DNA of 64,000 bases. It comes from Guillardia theta CCMP2712. Its lineage: Eukaryota > Protista > Cryptophyta. Below, in pieces: positions 17,443-31,134 of this stretch (position 1 is its first letter; each line of letters begins with the position of its first letter). Location: NCBI RefSeq assembly GCF_000315625.1, contig NW_005434605.1:176407-240406 (forward strand). The letters are read 5' to 3'. A model generated the notes under the pieces. That model worked only from the letters and a program-made list of their open reading frames with translations. It did not search any database and was not told the DNA's origin. The position numbers were made by a program, and so were the translations under genes.

Positions 17443-17869
17443 TTTAAGCCAGATGTCTGTTAATTGGTTGATTTCGAATACGATCCGAGTTAGATTTAAC
17501 TCACTTGTGACCTAATTCAAAGGCAGATCAGGTTAAAGCTGCTGGTATGTTGGTTATTTTTGAATCCCCTCTAAATTTTCACAAGGTTTCTACTTTTTTC
17601 AAGGCAGGTCGTTGGATGCTACCGCTACCGCATGCTGCGGCTGTAGGTGGAGGAGGAGGGTCGCGTCCTTGAGCCTGGCCCTTCTCCCCCGTCCTCCTCT
17701 CCCTCCTCTCCCTCCTCCACCGCTCTCCTCGTTACCTCCTTCCTGCCTCCTCCTCCCCCTCATAGGGCGGTCAGCAGCCCTGCCCTCGTTCGCTGATCCT
17801 CTCGTTGCGGATCGAGAGCCCCCCTTTGCTCTGACGATCTGCCACCTGAAGAGCAGGCCTCCCTGCACC

Positions 17870-19580
17870 ATGACGACGCGCGAGAAGAGTGCGGGTATGG
17901 CACTTGCCTGTGAAGGAGCGCGAGCCTTGACCATGACTGTTGCATGCAGACGACTACGTGGACGAGATCACGGATGAAGTGCCTCTGCTGACCAACACGC
18001 GCGACGGAGTGTTCTCCAATCACATCGCAACCTTCACGCCAGCTCCTCTTGAGGCCACGTCAGACCTCTTCGTCTCCTCCCACCGCGACGGGATCGACCG
18101 GCACAAGCTGGAGAAGTACCGCCAGGAGCAGAGGACGACGCAGCATGCGAGCGATCAGCCAGACAGTCTGCACAAGGCGGAGGGAGCAGAAGCGAACTCC
18201 GAGATGTTCATACCAGGTCTGCAGGAAGGAATCGATGATCTGCAGGACGACGAGCTCGATACGAGTCTCATAGAGTCATCGTCACCGAATCGTGAGGCCC
18301 CATTGCCTTCAAACGCTGCTGACAGTTTAAGGCAGAGGAGGCGAAGTCACCAGAGGCCAACACCCAGCAGGAAGACGAGATGATCTCTCAGTTCAACGCC
18401 TCGAACCCTCAGAACAAGGATGTCTCACTAGCCATCATGCAGAACATCGTCAAGGCAGATGAGACTCGTCAGAGGGGGGGGGCGCTGAAGTTTGCCTTGC
18501 AGATCATGGCTTCGAATGACAAGGAGAGGAAGAGGAAGGCAACGATCGCGATGTGCAACCTTTGTTGCGAATCTTCTCAGAATCGCATCAACGCAGGCAA
18601 CGCTGGTGTGCAGAACAAATGGCATGTGCCTGTTGCGGCCCTGATATGCTGGCGGGCAGGCACGATCGATGTTCTGATCAAGATCCTGAGTGCGGAGGAT
18701 GAATCGCTAGACCTCAAACGCCTGGCAACAGCTTGCATGTGCAACTTGTCTGCCGAGAATGCACTCAAGGTAGTCCATGCTCGCAGAAGCCTCTTCCCTC
18801 ATGTCGTCGTCCCTGGCAGGAACGTGTAGCGGACTCCGGGGCCATTCCCATCCTCGCAAAGCTACTCAAAGCCGACGGCAAGCACTCCGACTCCAAGGCC
18901 ATCACCGCGCATGCGGCCGCCACTCTATGGAGGTTCAACTTCAGCCATTGCGTGTTGACCAGGCTGATCCCTGCCACCAGCGTGTGCGTCGAGATGGACC
19001 ACGTGAAGCCTCTGGTGGCGCAGGAGTCGATCCTCAAGTCGCTGATCGACCTGCTTCACTCCCCCGAGCCCTTCATCCAGGGACAGGCGTGCGGGTGCAT
19101 CGGGGAGGTGGGAGGTCGGGGTGGCTCCCTGCGGCTGACCAGTCATGGCAGGTGTGCATCGGGATCAAGGAGATCAAGACGCAACTGAGCTCGTACGGGG
19201 TCATACAAAAACTCGTCAAGCTCGTGAGGAAGAGCGACGCGGCGACTCAGCGGCTCGCTGCCTCCGCCTTGTGCAACCTTTCAGCTAACCATTCAGAGAA
19301 CAAGAAAATGTGCAGAGAGGTGAAAGTGATGTGGGAGGAGGAGGAGCAGGTTGTGACGAGGGATGAGCAGGAGGGGCTCATGGACTCTCTGATCAAGCTG
19401 CTCAAGTCCAGCAAGGACCCTTCGTTGCAATCGGCGGCGGCAGGAGGGCTGTACAACCTCGTGACCGATGCTGATCGAGACCTGCTGGAGAAACACAAGG
19501 TGGTGGAGATCATGCAGAAGATTCCCATCTCCAAGAACATCCGCATGCGGCTCGGGATCAAAGGAGAAGGGAAGACTTGA
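17870..19580 (+). CDS. Armadillo-repeat protein
   Basis: Repeats such as KRKATIAMCNLCCESSQNRINAGNAG, KRLATACMCNLSAENALK, QRLAASALCNLSANHSENK, QSAAAGGLYNL; multiple ~45-55 nt introns. Confidence 0.85.
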
Positions 19581-19767
19581 GCACAGGACGAGAAGGGCAG
19601 GAGCGAGCTGACAGGAGTATTACAAGAAGTGTGTATGTCAAATCAAAAGAATAATGGCTGTCTTCTCCTCTCGCATCAACTCGAGCGACTTGTTCGAAGC
19701 TTTCAATCTCTTTTGCACAGACAGACCTTCGAACGACCCTCCCTGCGCGGACGCGAGCGGCTGACTT

Positions 19768-21790
19768 TCATCCCAGCACGAAGTACTCCCAGAAGTCCTC
19801 CTCCTCCTCGAGCTCCTTTACCACGTGGATAGGCCCGATCGGGATGTTTCCTCCACATGCTAGCTGGAACTCTCGCGCCGCCTTGAGCGCAAACCTGTCG
19901 CATGCGTCGTCGTCGAGGTAGTCGCACTCGTCAAAGTATTGACCGATCTGCGAGACGATAGTCAAGTTCCCTCCCTCTGAGCCTCCTGTCCTACCCAGAT
20001 GAAGACAGCAGGCCCTTGCCCTGGTCCCATCACTTCTCCATAGAGGAGGTAAGCGTGCTCCGACCACAAGTCGTCGGAGTCGAAGAGTTCATACTGTGTC
20101 GAGATCAGATCGCCCGACCGAGCAGGAAAGAGCCTACCTCATCCCACTCGGGGTACTTGAACAACCGCCCGGTCCTCCCTCCATCCCGAGGGGACTCAGG
20201 AGTGAGATCATCCCTGGGCGACATGCCGATGTCCGGGGTGACTACCCCCGTTAACGAAAGAGTTCGACGAGCAGAGAGGTTCGAGCTCGTTGTCCCGTCT
20301 ACCGCTCGCCGTGCTGAGATCCTCCCTGAGCCCAGAGGAGGAGCCCCCATCTGCGCGCGGGACCTGGCAGAGGGCGGCCGTTCCTTGAGCCTAGCTGACC
20401 CCTGTCCCATCAAGGTCCCAATCGCAGCCCTAGCTGACCCGATCCCGCGAGCTGAATGTCTACCCCCTCGCGGTGCGGCCAAGGGAGCATCCGTAGCAAC
20501 GGCTACCGAGGCATCCTGCACTGAATCCTTGTTCTGCGGTTGGAGCTGATGCGCTACCTCCTCATCTGCGGCCTGCTGCTTCAACTCAGCTTCCCTCTGC
20601 TCGGCTTTCGCCTTCCAATCGTCAAGGATCTTCTGGTCAGTGTTGTGCACGTGCGGCCTTGGCAGTTGATCAGAGGAGAATGGTTCAGCCGAGGGCTCGT
20701 CATGGCTTAAAACCCCCTGAACGTCAATAGTCAGTCCACAGCAGTTTGAAAGACAACTTCTCACATTGGAGGTCGTTTGCTCCTCGTTGGGCTGCCCGTT
20801 CATCTCTATGGCGCTGCTTTCTTGAATCGCCGCCGTCTGCTCCTCGTCCGATTCTGCATAGCAAAGCACATATTGACCGTGGAGCCCAGTGCTGAATGCC
20901 TGCTCAATGCGACCTGGAAACGACGCATACCAAGCTGCACCGTTCACTCCCCTTCTTGTCAGCACTCCCCGCAATCCACGTAAATCTTGAAAGTACTGCA
21001 CGTGAAGCCATTTCTTGCTCACATAGACCGAGGCCCCTGGTTTGCACTTGGGATCTCCATCTTTAACTATTTCCCCTGTTTCCTCCTGATCCTCTCCTGC
21101 TGGTAGAATATCTGCATAAGGAATTTCCTGATAACTCTGATCACCATTCTCAAAAGCGTTGGCTCTATCAGGAAATTGAGCAACTACCATTTCCAAGTCA
21201 TGCACGGCACTACTCGGACTTTGCTGAGGTTGATTCTTGCTTACAGAATTGTTGGGTGGTGGCCTGGGAGGTCTTGCGGCAGCTGCATTAGGTACAGATT
21301 TTGCACCGGCTAAAGAAGACTGCGGAATTGGGTGATTGTTCTTCTCCTTGAAGACTGTTCTTGGTGTCGCGCGTGGCTCAAATACCAATGTCTCGGTACC
21401 GTGCTTAAGGTCATCTGTTCGCATGGATCCAACCTCACCAACGACTGAAGGCTCAAGGTTCTGATTTGTCGACATCGAGCTGCCTTTCGGCAATAACGAC
21501 TCCTTGTCAGCAACCCCAGCACTTTCCTGCGCCTTTTCTTCACCCTGGGACTTCGATTCAAGGTTTGACTCAGGTTTTGGCTCAGCTTCTGTAGTATCCT
21601 TCGGAAGTTCCAAATCTTTCTCTACATGGTTGGGGATAGCTGGAGTACCATTGTCTTTGTCATTCGATTCCACCGATTTAGTCGAGTTGACACTTTTGGA
21701 CAATGATCGAGGATCAGCGTTGACTCCCCGGGCAGGGACCTCCTCCTCTTCGGGAACCCCCCCACACAGCGAAGAACAACAGCCGAACAT
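19768..21790 (-). CDS. Hypothetical protein with an N-terminal Cys cluster and a C-terminal gelsolin-like domain
   Basis: Long exon 21790-20141, then spliced LFKYPEWDE|YELFDSDDLWSEHAYLL...AVFIW|IGQ...IHVVKELEEEEDFWEYFVLG*, which matches the gelsolin-repeat pattern (F-x-x-DDL...Y-L-L...VFIWIG...V-x-E-x-x-E-x-x-x-FW). Confidence 0.65.
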
Positions 21791-22629
21791 TGAAACGAAT
21801 TCTTGATCTAGGTTTTCACGCCATTCTCTGGCTCAACTCTGCATCAGGAGCCACGCACTGTGACACTTTGGAGCGAGGCGTTGTTCGTGAGGATCTCCGA
21901 TTGGAATGCATCAAAGAAAATAATCTCGCTCTGCACAGAGGTCAGACAGATCGTCAGAGTGCATCCAACAAACTTACCTGCTTGCCGCATGCCTTCCCCG
22001 CAAAGGGAACGATGACCCATCTGCCTGAGAAAAGACGAATTACACAGGTGTGAAAGGGGCCATAATAGGCGATCCAAAGGTCACTTCGGGTGTAAGAAGT
22101 CTATAGAGACTCGTTGCAGAACAAGCATTCGAAATGGAGAGCAGTCTACCCATGAAAATGATGGGAGAAATACACATTCACAACAATCAGCGAAGGGCAA
22201 CAAGAGCTGAAAAACATACACGTGTACAGCGGCAAAAGATGCAGATACATGGGAGAATATCAGGGGGTTTGATGTAAGAAAAACGAATCGCCTATTGCAG
22301 CAAGGGGCAGGCCTGAGGTGCGCAGCATGGCAAAGAGCAGTACAGCATGCATGGATCAAGTGTGGAGCCTTGAGCAGGAGCGGGAAGATGCGGCAGGCAT
22401 CATAAACCCCTGACATGGAGAGGAACAAGAGATTTCATGGGGCTACAGCGAACATCTACGGAGGAGGATCGCAGGAAGCAGGAGCAAGGATACAGAACAG
22501 GAGCAGAGCAGGGAGCATAGAGGACAGAGCATGGAACAAGGAAGGCTGTTACAGCATGGAGGAAGCCGGGACATGCCGAGAATGACCGACACTACCATGC
22601 CAGTCCTCGGCCATCGCATCGGCAGGGTG

Positions 22630-23445
22630 AGGACATAATCGGGGGGTAGGGGTACAAGGATGATGACTAACAATGGGGTACTTCGTTTAGGAATAGGGGG
22701 TACTCCCTGGTGGAAAGGGGTTGTACTAGTATCTAAAATTGAATACGGGTGGTAGCAGCACTCAACAGGGTGATAAGATTCCGAAATGAATTTTTGACGG
22801 GGTGGGGTGTAGAGATACCCCTTCTTGAATAGCAATTTAATATGGAAATACACCGGTATGATTCGAGGTATGGGGGATTGGCAAGCACAGGGTGGGTATT
22901 CAAACTCTTTGGTAGGGTGATTGTCGGACTACGGCTTCCGGACAACAGGACCGGTGGGGTAAAGAAATCAGGGGTATATTCAACCAAAGGACAAATGTTT
23001 CATATTACTATGGGGGTACTTTTGGCTACTATGACAGGGTGAGTGTGACCAAGATAGGGTGGGGGTACACAAAGATGAGGTTGGGGTAATCGGGGGTCAA
23101 TTTGAAAAACAAGGGTTTGCTATAGTCTTCAGGGTACGAAAGTGAGGAAAAAATGGGGGTGGGGGTAAGGACCCATGGTACGACTTATTATCACTACCCC
23201 AGCATATGTCTGAATAACAAAGGGGCGAGTCATGGTGGGGTGATTTCAGTACGGGTAGCTTTTCATCAGTAATTTGTACTCTTCGGTTCTAGAGGGGGTG
23301 GGGTGATAAATGCAGCTCGATACCCCCCCTGGACATTTACTTCGTACCCTACCACGGGCGACTTGTACCACCCCACCCATGAGCCGCGAATACCCCACCA
23401 ATTACCCCTCCTTTTCTCTTCTCCAACCACCCCACCCGTCGGGGA
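22630..23445. promoter_or_regulatory. Large GGGGTR/YACCCC array in a divergent promoter, with a polarity switch at ~23310-23320
   Basis: More than 20 GGGT/GGGGT motifs on + up to 23305, then ataccccc, gtaccaccccaccc, ataccccacc, ttacccc, caccccaccc. Confidence 0.6.
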
Positions 23446-23604
23446 CTCACTTTACCTTTGCGGAAGAGCAGCCCTTGCTCAGGGTCAGGAGGAGGCGGAG
23501 GAAGGGAAGGGAAGGGATGGGGAAGCGAGTAGAGGAGGAGGGAGGACAGGGAGGGGAGGAGAAAGGAGATGATTTGATCAGTTCTGGCTTGAAAAGCGTG
23601 CAGC

Positions 23605-26600
23605 ATGCGCCTTCTGCTCATTCCCACTAGTGCGAAAACCAGTGATCGACCCAGTATGGACCGACATCCATCTTCACTGCATGCCATGCTTCCAATGGAA
23701 GGGACAAGACGCCCTCCTCCACGCACAAGAGCAGGTACAGCTTCAAAGCCGACAGCTAGAACTGCCGCCAGGCATGATGTCCCGCAACATCACTTCGACT
23801 GGAGCATGCGAAGGATGTTCTGGAGTCTCGTGCTGATCCAATCGATCACCTTGGGGATATTTGTTTCATTCATGTGCAAGACGATGAGCACAGGGAGCAT
23901 AAGCCCCTTGCCGCACACCATCATGGATGATATCAGAGAACGAGAGCTCAAGTACTTCAAGACGAAGGAAGGGATCCCTGCAGAACCTGCTGCGGTTTCG
24001 CCTTCGCATCGTCCTGCTGGAAAGACAGCATGGGTGTCAAGATACCTGTATCCTGAGCTCTGGGATGACCTTCCTGAAGTGAAGAGGCTCCCTATTGTGA
24101 AGATGCCTCCTCAAGGCGATGCCCAGAGCGCTCGTCTGCAGGTAGAGGTCCAGGGTCCTAGCAAGCCAACAGGGCAGGCAGGAGATCCTGGTAGGCCTGG
24201 AGGCATGGAGGGGTCAACAAGTCAGGAAGGCTCTGCCAGGTCATCTCAGGTGCAGGGCCTGAGGGCTGAACAGCCGGCTGCTCTTACGGCTCTGAGCATG
24301 AGCGCCTCTCCGCAGCTAGAGTGCTCCCCGTTGAAGGAAGGTTCACCCACAGCCATGTCCCTTGACCTCACTGGGGATCTTCCGGAGCAAATGCTGCAGT
24401 ACCTCTTCGCTCGGACATGGGCGGCAGTGAGGGGCGTCGGGGTGATCAAGAAGTCCTCTACTGCCCACGACCATCTGAGGCTCTCCTACCCTGGAGTAGG
24501 ATGGAGCCAGTCGTCAGGTGTTCACCCCCCAATGAAGGTGGACAGCTCGGTTTGTGGAGGGGTGTACAAGAGGAACTACCTGTATCACTACAAGAGCAGG
24601 AACCTTGCCAAGTGCCTGTTCTCGGTGCCGGCCAACTTTGCAATCCCCAACGAGGTGGTCGTGTACTTTGAAGGAAGGAACTCGGTCAGTTTCGACGCCA
24701 TGAGGGTGCAGGCCTCCCGGGATTTTGACGTGGAGCTGATCAAGAGGGTAAGCCCCGACGTGATCTACTTCAAGTCGGCAATTGAGCATGTCATGCGCAC
24801 TCTTAATACAGGCGCGATGATCTCCATCGTCTGCGAGCCAAAGTTCCTGATGCACCCGACTGTCCTGCAGCTGAAGCAGCTCTACAACTCCAGGGTGGTG
24901 CACGTGAACCCCTTGAATGACATGAACCGCGCTGTTCATGCGGCGGCCTTCATCGGCAGCTTTGGAGATCTCTCTTGGATGAGCGCCTTCCTCACAGGAG
25001 CCAAGCAGATTCATCTTCCTTACTGGTCGGACCTTGACGAGAATGCTGGAGGGAAAATTTCAGAAACTTTGGGGACTTGGCCGAAACTCTTCATCCACGA
25101 CGACGAGCGGTTGTGTTACTGGGACTTGAATCAGCCAACTTCATGCTCTCCTGCTCGACAGGTGCTGGCAGCTAGAACTCCGTTTGCAACTGCCGTCCTC
25201 AACAGGTCAGACGACTGCATTTTCAGACAGCAGCAAGATGTCATCGCCGCTAGTGGCACGCAGAAGGATTCGGCAGAGAAGACTTCTTCAGGAGTCGCAA
25301 TCTCAGGAGGGGGGTTGAGCACTGTAAGTGGGGCGGGGAACACTGTCACTGCCAGCTCAGGCTCAAGGCTAAATCCGATTGGAAGCATACAAGATGCAGC
25401 GGAAGCCGCAATTGCAGCTGCCGCTGGCAGGGGGGGGGGAGCAGGAGCAGGAGCAGGAGGAGGACAAAACTTTGTTATGAACCATGGGCAAGGACTTGGT
25501 TTCCAGCAGACAGGAGGAAATGTGATGAGGGCAAGTGCAGGTCAAGAATCCAATCGAGATGCAGCAAAGGGTTTGCAACAAGGGCCAGTCCACGGGGTGC
25601 AGGACTTGGTGATAGGAAATGGTGTAAATGGAGCAGTACAACTAGGGTTAGGCACAGGTGCAGGAGCCGCTGCTATGCCGAGGGTACAGAACTTGGCCAT
25701 CGTGGGGGAAGCAGGAGCAGGAGCAGTACAGCAAGGAGCGGTACCGGGGGCAGCAGCCGCTGCTATGCAGCAAGGGGTGGCGCAAGGGGTGGCGCAAGGG
25801 GTACAGAACTTGGCTATGGGAGGGGGAGCAGTACAGCTTGGCGGAGGAGCAGGCGCAGTACAGCAAGGAGCAGGAGCAGTACAGCAAGGAGCAGGAGCAG
25901 GAGTAGAAAGGGCTGCGATGCAGCAAGGGGTGGCGCAAGGGGTACAGAACTTGGCTATGGGAGGGGGAGCAGTACAGCTTGGCGGAGGAGCAGGAGCAGG
26001 AGCAGGAGCAGTACAGCAAGGAGCAGGAGCAGGAGCAGGAGGGGCTGCGATGCAGCAAGGGGTGGCGCAAGGGGTACAGAACTTGGCTATGGGAGGGGGA
26101 GCAGTACAGCTTGGCGGAGGAGCAGGAGCAGGAGCAGGAGCAGTACAGCAAGGAGCAGGAGCAGTACAGCAAGGAGCAGGAGCAGGAGCAGTACAGCAAG
26201 GAGCAGGAGCAGGAGCAGGAGGGGCTGCGATGCAGCAAGCGGTGGCGCAAGGGGTACAGAACTTGGCTATGGGAGGGGGAGCAGTACAGCTTGGCGGAGG
26301 AGCAGGAGCAGGAGCAGGAGCGGTACCAGGAGCAGGAGCAGGAGCAGGAGGAGCTGCTACGATGCGGCTAGGGATGGACCAGCCGATACTGAACTTGATT
26401 GGGAGAGGCTTTCCTCAGCGCCAACGAATGGTGATTGAGAAGGAGAGGAGGATGAGGCGCGGGACTGAAACTTGATGTCAGGGGCAAGAGTCCTGCGTGA
26501 CTCAGAAAGGAAACGTCCTTCTCCTTCAGAATGTCATGCTCGATTCGAAGCCGCTGCAGGAGAACGTTATCTTCACTTCGAGGTCTGTCTCGGCCTGCCA

Positions 26601-26786
26601 GCTCCCTCCGAGCTGACCCTGACGTGCTGCAGTCCGCACAAGTGCTGCGAGATCTGCGGGAAGACCAACGGATGTGCCTCCTTCACCTGGACGACAGACA
26701 CGTACGAGTGTTGGCTGCGGGGAGAAGCGAAGAGCTCAAGGTTATGGAAGGGGATCGTGGCTGGAGAGATGCCGAGGAGCTTTTGA
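23605..26786 (+). CDS. Type II membrane protein: divergent GT11 (alpha-1,2-fucosyltransferase)-like domain, Gly/Ala/Gln silk-like repeats and C-terminal PAN/apple domain
   Basis: TM MFWSLVLIQSITLGIFVSFM; GT11-like motifs LTGDLPEQMLQYLFARTWA, VIYFKSAIEH, FIGSFGDLSWMSAFL; repeat 25700-26355; introns at ~26431-26481 and ~26583-26632 join CVTQKG...CCEICGKTNGCASFTWTTDTYECWLR...IVAG (PAN_4-like). Confidence 0.7.
25700..26355 (+). repeat. Coding tandem repeat (about 4 hierarchical units) encoding AAMQQGVAQGVQNLAMGGGAVQLGGGAGAGAGAVQQGAG
   Basis: Near-identical DNA units gcgatgcagcaaggggtggcgcaaggggtacagaacttggctatgggagggggagcagtacagcttggcgga with (GCAGGA)n subunits. Confidence 0.95.
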
Positions 26787-27000
26787 GCAAGGGTGGGATT
26801 GGTGCAGGGCAGAGGGTGGCGGCGATGGAAGATGCAGGAGAGGAGAAGGGGAGGGGATGGGGAGGAAGAGTGTTCAACTTACATTTATTCTTTACTGTTA
26901 ACGTTATGGGCACCTGAATGTCCTAATGCTACAGCTTGTTTGTCAATCACACTCCTCTATGTACACGTTCTACAGCATCACGAAGAAGACGAACGGGAAG

Positions 27001-27077
27001 CTCCCTCTCCCTCTCCCTCTCCCTCTCCCTCTCCCTCTCCCTCTCCCTCTCCCTCCCTCTCCCTCTCCCTCTCCCTC
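27001..27077. repeat. (CTCCCT)n microsatellite
   Basis: Tandem hexamer in the convergent intergenic region. Confidence 0.95.
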
Positions 27078-27150
27078 CTGCCTCCACCAACTTCACAGGC
27101 ACTTTTCCCCGGTTCCGTTGGGGGACATCATCGATGCAACCTGCCAGCCG

Positions 27151-30157
<3,007 letters not shown>

Positions 30158-30475
30158 TCTTGTGAAGCTCGTTCAGGCGAAGGCTTTACTGCATCAACAG
30201 ACATCAACGTGAAAAATCCAGTCACGTAACAGCACACGATACCTCTTCAAGACATTCTTCATGAGAGTCACCTTGCCCCCACTGTCTTCGACCAAGCCTC
30301 AACCTGCTCATGTGCAAGAGAGACAGTCAAACGAAGAGACAGGTGCGAGGGATGTGAGGTAACAGCGTGAGTGGTGGAGGAGGAAGGCAGGAGGACGCCT
30401 ACCAGCGGTGTGAGAGTGACTGATGGCTGCTAGCTCGAGGAAGGAGTTGGAAGCTGCCGCCGACTGCTCAACAAC

Positions 30476-31050
30476 CCGGCATGGAGCCCTGGGCTGTGGC
30501 CGTTGGCGGTTTCAGGACGTAACGATAAACTGCAGACCCGGTCGGTTATAACAGTACGTGGTCCGTCTGACCGCCCGCCGGGCCAGCCGCCGGGCCGGGC
30601 CCCCGACTGACGGGCCACCCGGGCGGAGCCGAGCACTGAGAAGTCGCCTCCGCCTCCGCCGGACTCCCGTCCTCCCCCCACCCCCCACCTCTAGGCTGGA
30701 AGTTGAAATTAGGGGTAGGGGTGGACAACGGGAGATTTCCCCAGGGACGTGTAAAGTCCGATAAGTGACTCTTCAGATGGACGGATCGTCTTTAGAAGGA
30801 CCCATCCCATTGATCACCCCTACCCCCATAAAAATCTCAACCACCCCTCCTCAATCCATTTCAATGTGACTTCTTATCCCGTTTTCCCGTTGCCTACCCC
30901 ACTTCATTCTACCCCCTACCCCCTATTTGTAGTACCCCTCGTTGTCATTCCCGAAGTTGAAGTTTACGGCAAATTGATTTTAAATAGATAAACGACCACC
31001 CCCATAATCCCGAACGACCACCCCACCCTATATGGCCCTACCCTCGTAGG
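30476..31050. promoter_or_regulatory. Divergent promoter: CCGG island (30476-30665) followed by a YACCCC array (30670-31050)
   Basis: 7 CCGG, then cacccctaccccc, ccacccct, ctacccc (several), gtacccc, ccaccccc, ccaccccaccc oriented toward the Ca2+ channel gene. Confidence 0.55.
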
Positions 31051-31134
31051 TCCAACCCGAACCGTGCCTGGCACTTCCCCTCTTTTGCCTCAGTCCCTCG
31101 ATTATTACTTCATGCAACTGACGGTAAACATGAA

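Noticed and set aside
25700-26355. CRISPR-like repeat array
   Set aside because: No unique spacers; in-frame coding repeat in a eukaryotic gene; no cas genes
25648-26371. Cys-Ser and EQEQ repeat ORFs
   Set aside because: Alternative frames/strand of the coding silk-like repeat
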